A stretch of 64,000 nt of DNA. It comes from a virus (lineage: Duplodnaviria > Caudoviricetes). Under the pieces are notes generated by a model. It did no database searches. It saw only the letters and a list, made by a program, of their open reading frames with translations, and was not told where the DNA came from. Positions 9,404 through 20,085 of the stretch are shown in pieces. Numbering within the stretch: the stretch's first letter is position 1; the number at the start of each line of letters is the position of its first letter. The stretch lies in IMG/VR virus record IMGVR_UViG_3300037249_001405, positions 96,001 to 160,000 of that record. The stretch is one strand, 5' to 3'. A program made the translations under genes and the position numbers.

Positions 9404-11217
9404 TTCTGTTCGGATTTTTTCTCCTCAGTTGGTTGATTGTTATCAACATCAATTGAGATTTGTGTCTTATAGAATTTTCTACTGAGAATATTTGCTTTTA
9501 ATGTATCTGAAATATTCTCCTTTCCAAGATAATTCTTAATGTCGTTATAAGTAATTACCATATTTGCTCTAATTATCTTACCAGATGTAGCCTTATCATA
9601 CGGATTCTTAACTATATTGTAGTTTTGAACTCCTATACCATTAAATATAATAGCATTATTTACCATTTCACCAATTACTTTTGCGAGTTCGTCACCGTAA
9701 GTAATATTAGTGTCACTAGGTAATTCAACGCCGTTTTTGAATACATCTTCATCTACTTTTATATTGCAAGTGATAGGTGTATTTGAAATATAAGGTATAT
9801 TAGAGTAATTAACATAACGATCGTAATTCTCCCAGTTAGCAAATATAAAGGATGTTTGATCCTTTACTTCACTCTTAACTTTTGTAAACAAATCATTAAA
9901 GTTAACAATATGTGAATTTAGATAACTTAATGCTGTTTCATAAGAGTTACTATGCTTTAGAAGTCTGCTAATAAATAGAGCAGATTTCTTAATCACAGAA
10001 ATAGACTCTATCGGGAGATCATATGAAATTGATGGATTTAGTAGATCAGGATCGAATAGTATAAATTCCTTCAACCTTTCTTCAAGAACCCTCTTAAGTA
10101 ATTCAGTAATTTCTGGAACTACGTCTTCAGTTGTGGGATTCTTCAGTGAAGATAGGTATAACAAATTCTCAACTACATCTCCATACTGACCGGATTCGCA
10201 GTTTAGAATTGAAGGAACGGATTCCCTATGCTTAAATTCACCAAATCCAAACGCTTTGACTGTATTCTCAGCTAATTTATTTAGGTCAAGGGGATTATTG
10301 TTAATCTCATCTTCACTAAATACTTTATCTACTTCAAAAGCAGGATATACTTCAGTTGTAGGAATCATCTGAATTGAATAATCATTGAGATCATCATATA
10401 CATCGATGAACCTATCATTCAGTGACTTAAAGTCTGGACAGTTATCCTTTATTGTGAAATAAACACTACAAAAATCCGAAGTAATAGAATCGAAAGTTAC
10501 ATAAGGGTTATTGGTATTGTTTAAAATATCAACAACTGATTTTACGAAACTACATTCATTATTTGGTTTCTTTGTAGCCTTTTCTGCATCTAAACCTTCT
10601 TTAAGAAGTTTATCAGCATCCTCACCTATATCATATTTACCTATAATAGTAAACTGATTACCAAGTGAATCAACGTATTTATGACCCAGCTTCCAACTCT
10701 TTGTTCTCTTGGAACCAAAAGCTGCGGCTGTAGAAAATATCATATACTTACTTCCGTTTTTTAGAGCGGATTTGTATACATCGCCAAGATCTCTATTCAA
10801 GAAAAATGGGACTCCTATGCATTTTTGATTAAATGCTATACAAACCCCACTATAACTATCATCGGATTGTCTCGTAGATAATCTAGACAATTCCGATAAA
10901 CAATTATAAAAATATGTAGATGATCTTGTATCAATAAAATCAAATATACACTCTAACCAAGCTCCTTTACCAATATTGCTTGATGAAATTAAGTATTTAT
11001 CGCCATCAATTTTAAACTTAATGTTAAAATTTGCTATTGTCTTTGTACTCGTCGAGGAAAGACAATTTTTTACACCATTACCTTTCAGATTATCACAATA
11101 GGCTTTAGTTACCTTTGGAATATCCCAATCTGGCGTAATTACAACTTTATTATCAGGTCCTATATATACTACAAGACTCTGTGGTACAAACAAATCGTTC
11201 TTTAATTCGTTAATCAT
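9400..11217 (-). CDS. Hypothetical protein (605 aa)
   Basis: Long ORF with 4-bp overlaps to both neighbours; WKLGHKY motif. Confidence 0.85.
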   Translation of the reverse strand: MINELKNDLFVPQSLVVYIGPDNKVVITPDWDIPKVTKAYCDNLKGNGVKNCLSSTSTKTIANFNIKFKIDGDKYLISSSNIGKGAWLECIFDFIDTRSSTYFYNCLSELSRLSTRQSDDSYSGVCIAFNQKCIGVPFFLNRDLGDVYKSALKNGSKYMIFSTAAAFGSKRTKSWKLGHKYVDSLGNQFTIIGKYDIGEDADKLLKEGLDAEKATKKPNNECSFVKSVVDILNNTNNPYVTFDSITSDFCSVYFTIKDNCPDFKSLNDRFIDVYDDLNDYSIQMIPTTEVYPAFEVDKVFSEDEINNNPLDLNKLAENTVKAFGFGEFKHRESVPSILNCESGQYGDVVENLLYLSSLKNPTTEDVVPEITELLKRVLEERLKEFILFDPDLLNPSISYDLPIESISVIKKSALFISRLLKHSNSYETALSYLNSHIVNFNDLFTKVKSEVKDQTSFIFANWENYDRYVNYSNIPYISNTPITCNIKVDEDVFKNGVELPSDTNITYGDELAKVIGEMVNNAIIFNGIGVQNYNIVKNPYDKATSGKIIRANMVITYNDIKNYLGKENISDTLKANILSRKFYKTQISIDVDNNQPTEEKKSEQK

Positions 11218-11768
11218 AACTTTTTATTTAGTTCGTTTGTTATTTTTATTTTGCTTTTTACTGAGTTAAATTTAAATTTGGTACATCCCTTTAATACCTC
11301 TATAGCCAAAGTTCGTCCTCTTTCTAAGGATACTTTTAAATCATTTACTACTTCTGGAAATCGATTTTTTATTTCATCAACCCCAAGATTCATTGTATTG
11401 TCCTTTTGGAGAATCTTATCTACCTCAGAATCAATATCTTCCTCCTCTATGAGAGTTACGAGGGCTTGGTCATACTTTCTTTGTTTTACGTTAGGATTTA
11501 ATAATCCCCTACAAATAAACAAATGACCATTACTTATTTTAACCGCCTCACTCAATTGGGGAATTTCCAGACATTCCCTATTAAATCGAATTTCTACAAA
11601 TTCTTCTAAAGAATTACATACTTCTTTATCTACTATATTAGAAGTGCGGGTAGCCGAGACAAAACCCTGTTCATAATCAGGTAGTGTTGTATTTACTCGG
11701 CTAGCCGCAGCTTTCAATGCCGCAACTAATTCGCTGCTTAGCTTACTTGGATCCTTTCGTCTTCCCAT
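11214..11768 (-). CDS. Hypothetical protein
   Basis: 184-aa ORF in a tightly packed operon. Confidence 0.8.
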   Translation of the reverse strand: MGRRKDPSKLSSELVAALKAAASRVNTTLPDYEQGFVSATRTSNIVDKEVCNSLEEFVEIRFNRECLEIPQLSEAVKISNGHLFICRGLLNPNVKQRKYDQALVTLIEEEDIDSEVDKILQKDNTMNLGVDEIKNRFPEVVNDLKVSLERGRTLAIEVLKGCTKFKFNSVKSKIKITNELNKKL

Positions 11769-11770
11769 AT

Positions 11771-12448
11771 TTACAAAGTTTCTATTACAGGGTTTAGTCC
11801 TAATATGTTTTTAATAAACACTACTTTATTTACAATAACATTCATGTCGTATGGTGTTATTGTAAATTCTTTCAACAGAATTCTGTTATTATCTTTAACA
11901 GTGAAGTCAATCTTTTGGTCAGAGTATAGACTATTTTCTATTACATAATCACCGTCTCCTATTGAAGGATTATTTATATATAACATATTATAGGAATAGT
12001 CTAATTTGCCTGAAATAAGAACTCTAGATTTATGAGAAACATTATGAATGAATTTGGTTGCAGTAGGTTTCTTAAATACCCTCCAATTACCAAGATATAG
12101 TTGTTTATCACTATTCTCTACTAATTGTTGCCTAATATCATTCTCCTGGTCTTTAAATCTATTTTCAAGATAAAATCCATTAATTAAATCGATTTTATCC
12201 GTTGATCGAGAACCATACCTACTGTATTCTCTTGTATTTTTAAAAAGAGATACTGGGATATTCTCATTATTTATTTCTAGCATTAAATAATTAATGCCAT
12301 TTGAAAGATCTCGTATAGATACTGAACCGGTTGGAACAGTTGATTTAATCACTGCAAATTCAGTGTTTAGTAAAACCACACTACGATCCTTCAAAGAATC
12401 TTTAATCTCTTTACGATATATATCGAATGTTATTGGAAATATTTTCAT
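11771..12448 (-). CDS. Hypothetical protein
   Basis: 225-aa ORF in operon. Confidence 0.8.
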   Translation of the reverse strand: MKIFPITFDIYRKEIKDSLKDRSVVLLNTEFAVIKSTVPTGSVSIRDLSNGINYLMLEINNENIPVSLFKNTREYSRYGSRSTDKIDLINGFYLENRFKDQENDIRQQLVENSDKQLYLGNWRVFKKPTATKFIHNVSHKSRVLISGKLDYSYNMLYINNPSIGDGDYVIENSLYSDQKIDFTVKDNNRILLKEFTITPYDMNVIVNKVVFIKNILGLNPVIETL

Positions 12449-12451
12449 TTG

Positions 12452-14176
12452 TTATTCACAAGTGCAATAGTTAATATAAACAGGATTAGAATAAATTAGT
12501 CTATCAATCCAATCATTACCCATAGCTTTTTGACAGCAATCAAGTACTGTACAAATAAAGTTATGTTCATCATCCTCTAATGAATTTTTATATTTGTTCA
12601 TTAGTGGAAGTAATTCGGAGAATTTGAACCAGTAATACTGAATACCATTTACTTCAACTTTTTCAAAGTACTTAGTATTAGTTACATCAGCTAATTTGGC
12701 TAATTCTGGAAATTTTCCACCAAAAACAGTACCCAAATCAGTTAAATAAGTATCTAATGCTCCTTGAATTCCGGATGAAATTTCTGGATCATCTACTTTA
12801 CCTGAATCAATATCCTCTAAAGTTATATTTCTCATACTATAAGCGCGAGCTTCATCTTTTAGGGAAAGAATGATACTCTTCATTAAATCCTTTCTCTTCT
12901 GTTCGTCGTCACTTACAGCCGTAATTCTATTAACAAGAATATATCTTCCGTCAAAACTGTTGATAGAACTTGTCTTTACAGAACAAGAGAAGTATACTTT
13001 ACTGCCGTCGAATCTAACACCGAAATTATAAGATCTATCTTTACAATCAATGTTTTTGTATCGAGTCTCTATTACAGGACAGTTCAATGTATAATCGAAT
13101 ACTGTTACTGGACTATTAACCCAACCTTCTACATCTAACTGATAATCAAATATTGTTAATCCAGTATCTTTATCTATAGTTTTTATAAATTCTGAATCAA
13201 CTGATCTTGTCATATTAAATGAGTTTTCAGCTACGTCAGAGAATAAAGAAACCTCAGAAGAGAGTTGAGCCCTAATCAATTTAGCATCACTAGGAGATGT
13301 TTTACCCATATAATCTTTTATTAACATGTCACAGGTTAGTGTTACATTCTCATCAGCAACTTTATCTAACACTATACCATGTTTAACAAGACTATCGTAA
13401 ACCTCACGATTACTACCTTCTGATACTGGGTAAATTTCTGAATACTGTCCTAAAATGAAATCTGCTAACGTTTCATCATTTTCTAGTACATTCTTTTCCA
13501 TGTAATCAGAATTACTTGCAGATACTGAATCAACTACAATAAAATCATCCGTATCTAATCTACGTTCCTTTATCATAGTTTCATAATAACTATCACCATC
13601 TCCTGGATCTATTAAACCTGCATTAACTAGCGTTTTAAATATTACATCAGGGTCAATTGTATTAATAGATAGAAAAGTATCAACTACTCTATCAAAAGTA
13701 AATACAACATCATCAAGACGAAAATATCTCAATAACAATAATCTAAGAGGCTTAACAGATTCTACATAATACTTAATCAATAATCTCTTGGATTCCTCTA
13801 ATTCCTTTTTGTTATGAAATTTGAAGATTCTTGCAAGATATATTGAATTACTGTATGGATTTACGTCGTAAATCAAAAGAGATAATGCATAATTAATTTT
13901 CTCAATGATTGTATAATGATCACTGGAAAAGTAAAATCCTCTCTTACTATCATAATCATCCTCATTAGCATTATTAACATAGAGTACATTATTTATTACT
14001 CTACATTCAAGCTGTGGATAATCATGGATATCTAATTTATCCGGTAGTTTCCTTTGAGAAAGAATGCATACGTGGTCAGAAGAAGAATTACCATGTCTGG
14101 TTCTCCATCTAACCTTCATACCCGGTATATACTCAATACCAAGCTCCTTTAAGTAATTTTTAATAATATTTATCAT
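12452..14176 (-). CDS. Hypothetical protein (574 aa)
   Basis: Long ORF; promoter-like CTTA-CAAAT-G upstream (~14204-14224). Confidence 0.85.
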   Translation of the reverse strand: MINIIKNYLKELGIEYIPGMKVRWRTRHGNSSSDHVCILSQRKLPDKLDIHDYPQLECRVINNVLYVNNANEDDYDSKRGFYFSSDHYTIIEKINYALSLLIYDVNPYSNSIYLARIFKFHNKKELEESKRLLIKYYVESVKPLRLLLLRYFRLDDVVFTFDRVVDTFLSINTIDPDVIFKTLVNAGLIDPGDGDSYYETMIKERRLDTDDFIVVDSVSASNSDYMEKNVLENDETLADFILGQYSEIYPVSEGSNREVYDSLVKHGIVLDKVADENVTLTCDMLIKDYMGKTSPSDAKLIRAQLSSEVSLFSDVAENSFNMTRSVDSEFIKTIDKDTGLTIFDYQLDVEGWVNSPVTVFDYTLNCPVIETRYKNIDCKDRSYNFGVRFDGSKVYFSCSVKTSSINSFDGRYILVNRITAVSDDEQKRKDLMKSIILSLKDEARAYSMRNITLEDIDSGKVDDPEISSGIQGALDTYLTDLGTVFGGKFPELAKLADVTNTKYFEKVEVNGIQYYWFKFSELLPLMNKYKNSLEDDEHNFICTVLDCCQKAMGNDWIDRLIYSNPVYINYCTCE

Positions 14177-14431
14177 AATTTTGGAATTTTTTACTGGTTT
14201 ATACCATTTGTAAGAAAATCAAGGTTTCCTGTTATCAATAACTGAAAGCCTTATTAATGAAAGCTAAATTTTTAATAAAAAACTAAAGAACATTAAGATA
14301 AACAACATCTTTTTGTTCTTTTAATTTTTCTACTAAAAATTTACCGCATTTTCCTCTAGTATACGTTAGAGATTGTTAAACGATACTTGGTGACTATACC
14401 ATCAATTATCATCAAAAAACTACTTCTTATT

Positions 14432-16276
14432 ATGGCAAAAAAAAGCCAGAAAACGGAGTTAAAGTTCTCCGAACAATTAAAAACTATTAGAAGGGTTTTT
14501 GGACCATATTTCTTCGGCTTAGGCTGGAAGATCTGGGGTCCAGTACTCCTTCTGTTCGGACTGTCTTTTTATGGGCAGTTCTGGACAATAGTCCGTGGTT
14601 ACCTCCTGGACTTTGTGACGGGAGGTAAAGGACCATTTGCAACGGTGGCTGCGATAGTCATCGGGATAATGGTTCTCACAATGGCAAAAGAGATCACTGA
14701 AATCTCTACTGAGGTAAAACTCAGTAAAGAAATGAGGTGGTCAATTGAGCTATTCAAAAACAAGACCACGGACAAGATCCTAAAAGCTCTTCCTGAGATC
14801 TTCCAAAAATTCAGCTACGCTGATATTTGGGAGCGCTTGAAGAGCGTGTCTGAGATAAATAACTTTGTGGGTGAAGTTCCACGAGTTATTTGTCGAATAA
14901 TCAGAGGAATTATCGCAATAGCATTCATATGCATTGTCGCAAGCCCCTGGTTTGTATTGATATTCGTCATAGAGGCAGTATTCATCTACTACCGTTTCTC
15001 TTGGTACACACCAAGGGAGATTGTCTATGACAATAGACACAAGGACTGGAGCAACACCAAGCACCAGGCCTTGAAGGACACAATTGAACGGTACAAAGAG
15101 ATCCACTTGAATGGGTCTTATAAAGAGACCGTAGACTTTAATCTCAGAAATGCTCTATGGAGTTGGAAAGCCTCCAACGTAGAGAGCATAGCAGAGGCAA
15201 AGTTTTGGTTTCTTACAGGAGCCGTTCTTGTGCTACTAAAGTACTCATTTTACCTGTTCACGTTTTATCTTCTTTCAGAAGGAGCTATTACGGCAGGTAA
15301 TGTTTACGAGATCTTCACATTCCGCAAGGATGCAGAGGACCTCGTATGGGCACTAAAATATGTTTTCACTAAAGTGGTGCCCAAGTACGCTAATACTGCA
15401 ACCCGAGTAGAACAACTTACAGGACTCGGTGAGCAGTATTACGGCTCAGAGAACAAAGATCCTAACTTTGTAGGTCTCAGTCTTAGGAACGTCTACAGTT
15501 CCTATAAAGATCCTAATGACAAAGATAAAAGGGTTGAAGTTCTAAAAGGCGTGAACCTTGAATTTAGAACCGGTCACGTCTATGCAATAGTCGGCAGGTC
15601 TGGCTGTGGTAAATCAACCACTTCAGAGATTATTTGTCGACTGCAGGAGCCTGACCAAGGAGAGATCATCCTTATTAAGAAGGATGGTACAGAGGTCCCT
15701 ATTAAGGAGATCTCAAGAGACCAGATTCCTTCTCATGTAGGAATGGTTCTCCAGACCACACAGCCCCTAAGTGGGTCTTTTGCAGACCAATTTAAATGGA
15801 TCAAAGGCTACTCAAAAGTCAAAATGATCCAGTGCTGCAAAAAGGCCCAACTCCACGACTTTATCATGAGTCTGGAGGACGGGTACGACACCCAGATCGG
15901 TGATCGTGGTCTGAAACTCTCAGGTGGCCAGCGTCAGCGGCTTGCTATTGCTTTGGCTTTGATGCAGAATCCCTGGATTCTCATCCTAGACGAGGCCACA
16001 AGCGCACAGGACGCAAGGACTCAGAAGGAGATCTTCCAATCTCTTACAGAGAACGGAGTATTTGATGGCAAGATTGTCATATTGATAGCTCATAGGCTGT
16101 CAACTGTGACAAACGCTGATAAAATATTCGTACTCGGAGAGGGAGGAACGATTCTTGAAGAGGGTACCTCAACAGAACTCTTCCGTCGTGGTGGTTATTA
16201 CCACGATATGGTGGAAGACGAGGTAGGAGCCCTCAAGGACCTCTTCATTGAAGAGTATAATAAGAAAATGCGGTAG
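14432..16276 (+). CDS. ABC transporter, fused permease + ATPase (exporter type)
   Basis: N-terminal TM helices; Walker A GRSGCGKS, signature LSGGQ, Walker B ILILDE, H-loop AHR; start MAKKSQ preferred. Confidence 0.92.
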   Translation: MAKKSQKTELKFSEQLKTIRRVFGPYFFGLGWKIWGPVLLLFGLSFYGQFWTIVRGYLLDFVTGGKGPFATVAAIVIGIMVLTMAKEITEISTEVKLSKEMRWSIELFKNKTTDKILKALPEIFQKFSYADIWERLKSVSEINNFVGEVPRVICRIIRGIIAIAFICIVASPWFVLIFVIEAVFIYYRFSWYTPREIVYDNRHKDWSNTKHQALKDTIERYKEIHLNGSYKETVDFNLRNALWSWKASNVESIAEAKFWFLTGAVLVLLKYSFYLFTFYLLSEGAITAGNVYEIFTFRKDAEDLVWALKYVFTKVVPKYANTATRVEQLTGLGEQYYGSENKDPNFVGLSLRNVYSSYKDPNDKDKRVEVLKGVNLEFRTGHVYAIVGRSGCGKSTTSEIICRLQEPDQGEIILIKKDGTEVPIKEISRDQIPSHVGMVLQTTQPLSGSFADQFKWIKGYSKVKMIQCCKKAQLHDFIMSLEDGYDTQIGDRGLKLSGGQRQRLAIALALMQNPWILILDEATSAQDARTQKEIFQSLTENGVFDGKIVILIAHRLSTVTNADKIFVLGEGGTILEEGTSTELFRRGGYYHDMVEDEVGALKDLFIEEYNKKMR

Positions 16277-16280
16277 AATT

Positions 16281-16327
16281 CACCCCCGGCAAGCTTTTAT
16301 GCTGCCGGGGGTGTTTTTTTTTTTTTG
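16281..16327 (+). terminator. Intrinsic terminator
   Basis: CACCCCCGGCA/TGCCGGGGGTG stem + long T-run. Confidence 0.85.
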
Positions 16328-16444
16328 TTCTTGAAATAATACTTTTGCTCATATTTTCCTATTCAATCCTTATGATTGAGCTTAAGGGATTAGAGCTATT
16401 TAAAGTTAATCCTATTATTGTTTAATTTTCCTAAAAAATAAAGA

Positions 16445-17176
16445 ATGGAAAATACAAATCAAAAGATGGATAGTTTGTACGGTAAAATCTATCCTTTCTA
16501 TCTTGAAAATAACCGTCTATCTAATTACCTCGTATACCAGGTTTATTCACCCGGTATCGATAATTCTACTAATCCTTATTTATCACTTAAGTTGATTAGT
16601 GAAAATCTTCCCTTTAACAGCAAGAAGGATAAGATGCCGACAAGAGAAGAACTTATGGCTTATAAGTTCAACGACTTGAAGATCTTCAATTACAGCGTTA
16701 AAGATAACGAATCATCAACAGGAGTCGAACTAGATAACGCAGCGATGGACTCTGTTAGTGAAATGCTAAAGAAATTTAAAGCGGAGTCTGCATCCGACTT
16801 TAAAATTTATCAAGATAAACCGGGAGAATTTCCGAGGTTTACCTTTAATAAATATACTAACGATCCTCAAAAGAGCGTTATTATATATCTCAGAAATTCA
16901 ATTAGATGGACTAAATACAAATTTGCGCCGGGTAGTTTAATAGATGTACTTTGGACTCCTGAGACATTTGTAGTATTTAAGATAGAGGGTACGGATACGG
17001 AGATGTGGCTAACTCCGCAATCAATGTACAAACTCAGTGATTTTGATCTAAAAAATCCTATGTCCGTCAAGAATATTAACTTCACGTCAGAGATTTTCTC
17101 TAGAGAGAAATCTAAAATTAGTGACTTTAATAATGCTATAAAGTTGCTTGAATGGAAATCTTTTGATAGGAAGTAA
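16445..17176 (+). CDS. Hypothetical protein
   Basis: 243-aa ORF; CTTA-TGATT-G motif at ~16369-16378. Confidence 0.8.
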   Translation: MENTNQKMDSLYGKIYPFYLENNRLSNYLVYQVYSPGIDNSTNPYLSLKLISENLPFNSKKDKMPTREELMAYKFNDLKIFNYSVKDNESSTGVELDNAAMDSVSEMLKKFKAESASDFKIYQDKPGEFPRFTFNKYTNDPQKSVIIYLRNSIRWTKYKFAPGSLIDVLWTPETFVVFKIEGTDTEMWLTPQSMYKLSDFDLKNPMSVKNINFTSEIFSREKSKISDFNNAIKLLEWKSFDRK

Positions 17177-17189
17177 ATTACAAGCTAAA

Positions 17190-17231
17190 AAAAAATAGAA
17201 GAACTTATTTAAATAAGTTCTTCTATTTTTT
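17190..17231. terminator. Bidirectional terminator / perfect 42-bp palindrome
   Basis: AAAAAATAGAAGAACTTATTT|AAATAAGTTCTTCTATTTTTT. Confidence 0.75.
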
Positions 17232-17242
17232 ATTCTTCTTTC

Positions 17243-19540
17243 TTAATCTAAATTATTTTCAAATTTAGAAAGAAGTCTCATAAACCAATTCTTTTCCTGT
17301 TTCTCAGGTTCAGATTTAGCTTTCTTCTTGAGAATATCCAAGTAAGTGTCGTCAGACTTGTTTCTACTTTCAAGCTTCTCACGTACTTCCTTTATAAACT
17401 CATCCCCTAATTTCGAATTTTCACTGGTAAAGTCCAATATACATCGTTCCAATTCCTTTTCAGTATAAGAACCTTTTTCAGCAAGATGACTAGCAATCCA
17501 AGCAATCATAGAAGAGTATTTATCTATTTTCTCTTCTACATATTTCTTGATTTCTACTACATTCTCCTGAATCTTGTTCATTATCTCAGGATCATCGAAT
17601 CCAAGTGGAACACCATCAGGTCTTTCCCCTCTACCAAATGCTATAGGAGTTAAATAACCTTCTTTAAAATACGCATAGGAAATTTCATTCCAAATCGTTT
17701 TTATATCACTACTACTTCCAAGAGAACATAATTCTTTTGGAAGTACTTTTCTTTCTGCTATCCAACCACCCATAGCGATTTTAATATCAGAAATAGTTGA
17801 GTCAATATTAGACAAACATCTTCTTTTAATGTCATCAATATTTCTCATACAGAAACCTCCACCATCTGCAGATGAGGTAGTTATAATGCTAGATGGGAGT
17901 TTACCTGTTTCAAGAGCAGTCATTACAGCATGACCTAACTCATGAACAGCTTTTAGATATCTGTTAGGGTCATTCTTAGGGTTTCTTAATTTACCTAAAC
18001 AGAGTGGATAAGTAATATCTTTCTCTCTAAAATTACCCTGATCATCCGTAATCTTAATGTGAATAGTTGCACTATCACATTTAAACTCTGGATCATCTGA
18101 ATTAAGCTCTATATCAGCCTTATTAAACTTCCAATTAAGATTGCTTTCTCTTAGACCGTTTATTTCTCCGAAAACAAACCCGAAGGCTGAGACGGTAGAA
18201 AGAACTGGTCTAATTCCTTGTGTTGGAAATACTCCTTCATAATAAAGAAGATCAAGGATATTAGGTGAATAATTAATCACCATATTGGAGCTAACAGAGA
18301 AACAAGCTACATCATTTTCCCAGTATCTCTTAATGATCTGTTTAAAAGTATCTTTAGAGAATGCTGGATATATGATATAGTTATTACCAAACCTAGCTAA
18401 TTGTTCTGACCTGAATCTTGTCAAAAGAGCATGCTTAACATCATTTACATTAACGTCCTTTGTAAGTCTGTGAAATACATCAGCATCTACATCAGGATCC
18501 AAATCCTTTGACATACTAAAAGCTTCATCAAGGTTACCAATCAAGAAAATGACTGATTTTCTGAAGCTGATATGATGTGGAGAATTTATAAACTCAATTA
18601 TTTTGCTAAGAGTTTCGCAATACTCCTTTAATGTCTGCTTTCTAGTTATTGATGTTAAAAACTGTTCAACTTTGTTAGGAGTTGATAACTCATTAAGGGC
18701 GGATCTCATATCTTCCCTAACTCTAAATGGAGCCATTGAAAGAGTTATAGTATCTTCATCATCTGGATCTGCGTTTGGGACGATTTCAAATGTAAGATCT
18801 ATTATTCTTTCAAATGATTTTTCAGAATCTTGATAAAAAGAGTTTAACTCACCAATAGGTTTAAATTCTTTTTCCTCATTGCTGTCTGGTTTAGATAAAA
18901 TAGATAAACTTTTTCTTTGATCTGAAACAAATTTTAACTTTATTAATGTATCAACAACACCTTTGTCTGTTGTTAATGCATTCTCAACAATTGCATCAGG
19001 ATGATAAGGAAGTACATACTTCGTTAATACTTGAAGACATTTTTCGTAACGTGCCTTATCACTAGCTCCTGTAGGAATATAGTCCACATAACCGTTATCA
19101 ATAATCTTATAAAGTTCATTGAATTCCGAGTCTTGTTCGTTACCATCCTCATTCTTTGTTCTAAGTTGCTGAATTTCATCAATTATCAGAATTGAATCCT
19201 CAGGGACATCGGTTATTGATTTAAAATTATCCCAATCAGCAAAACCTAAGCTTTGAAGAAGTACCTTAGCTGGCCTTGTATCATGACTTGATTTTGTACT
19301 AACTCCAATAGGTACGTTTGTAGTACGATCCTGTAGGTTTAGTAATTCAATCATTCTTGTAATGACGGAAGTCTTACCTACACCTGTCATACCAAAAATA
19401 GGTACAACAATAGGTCTGACAATATTATCATTCCAAGAAGCCATTATATTGATGAGTTTATCAATTATTTCATCAATACCAATAAATTCTGATTTTAATT
19501 GAGCACTTACTTGCTCTAATTTGGCTTTTGGTATATTCAT
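17243..19540 (-). CDS. AAA+ ATPase fused to peptidase M41 (FtsH-type) domain
   Basis: Walker A GMTGVGKT, Walker B LIIDE, Clp-D2-like FRSEQLARF and GIRPV; HELGH, GGWIAE, GSSSD M41 motifs; no TM helix. Confidence 0.8.
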   Translation of the reverse strand: MNIPKAKLEQVSAQLKSEFIGIDEIIDKLINIMASWNDNIVRPIVVPIFGMTGVGKTSVITRMIELLNLQDRTTNVPIGVSTKSSHDTRPAKVLLQSLGFADWDNFKSITDVPEDSILIIDEIQQLRTKNEDGNEQDSEFNELYKIIDNGYVDYIPTGASDKARYEKCLQVLTKYVLPYHPDAIVENALTTDKGVVDTLIKLKFVSDQRKSLSILSKPDSNEEKEFKPIGELNSFYQDSEKSFERIIDLTFEIVPNADPDDEDTITLSMAPFRVREDMRSALNELSTPNKVEQFLTSITRKQTLKEYCETLSKIIEFINSPHHISFRKSVIFLIGNLDEAFSMSKDLDPDVDADVFHRLTKDVNVNDVKHALLTRFRSEQLARFGNNYIIYPAFSKDTFKQIIKRYWENDVACFSVSSNMVINYSPNILDLLYYEGVFPTQGIRPVLSTVSAFGFVFGEINGLRESNLNWKFNKADIELNSDDPEFKCDSATIHIKITDDQGNFREKDITYPLCLGKLRNPKNDPNRYLKAVHELGHAVMTALETGKLPSSIITTSSADGGGFCMRNIDDIKRRCLSNIDSTISDIKIAMGGWIAERKVLPKELCSLGSSSDIKTIWNEISYAYFKEGYLTPIAFGRGERPDGVPLGFDDPEIMNKIQENVVEIKKYVEEKIDKYSSMIAWIASHLAEKGSYTEKELERCILDFTSENSKLGDEFIKEVREKLESRNKSDDTYLDILKKKAKSEPEKQEKNWFMRLLSKFENNLD

Positions 19541-19555
19541 AATATTTATGTAATA

Positions 19556-19972
19556 TTAAACTAAGTTCCTGAAAAGATCCATAACATCGTTTCTTAATTC
19601 TGCTCCTGTTATGAATGTTATTGTGTATTGTCCTGGAAATAGTTCGTTATTTGTAGGTAGCTGACAAAGATCTGTACCACCCACATTGATAGATCTACTT
19701 TCCGTGACAATATAAGGATTGTCTTCTTTATTCGTTTTTACCATAGTAAACTTATAAGAAGGTCCTTTTATTACTATTCCTGTTTTATCTTCATTTGTTT
19801 TATTTTGTTCAGATATATAATGATACTCTACCTGAACCTGATCTTTTGCTTCTGTAATAAATCTTTGAAGATAAAATGCCTCTATATTCAAATCATCTCT
19901 TTTAGAATATTCTACGATTTTTTCGTAGAGAGGCTCCCCTGAACTTAAAAATAGATTAAATTTTTCTGACAT
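19556..19972 (-). CDS. Hypothetical protein
   Basis: 138-aa ORF upstream of the protease. Confidence 0.75.
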   Translation of the reverse strand: MSEKFNLFLSSGEPLYEKIVEYSKRDDLNIEAFYLQRFITEAKDQVQVEYHYISEQNKTNEDKTGIVIKGPSYKFTMVKTNKEDNPYIVTESRSINVGGTDLCQLPTNNELFPGQYTITFITGAELRNDVMDLFRNLV

Positions 19973-20085
19973 TTTTTATACTTTTTATTCTTTTATTAGA
20001 TTTTTAAGGGTTATTCTTCTAATTTATTAAATTTCGATAAAACCGTTAAATACTTATTATTGAAAATTTAATTAATAAAAATAAA

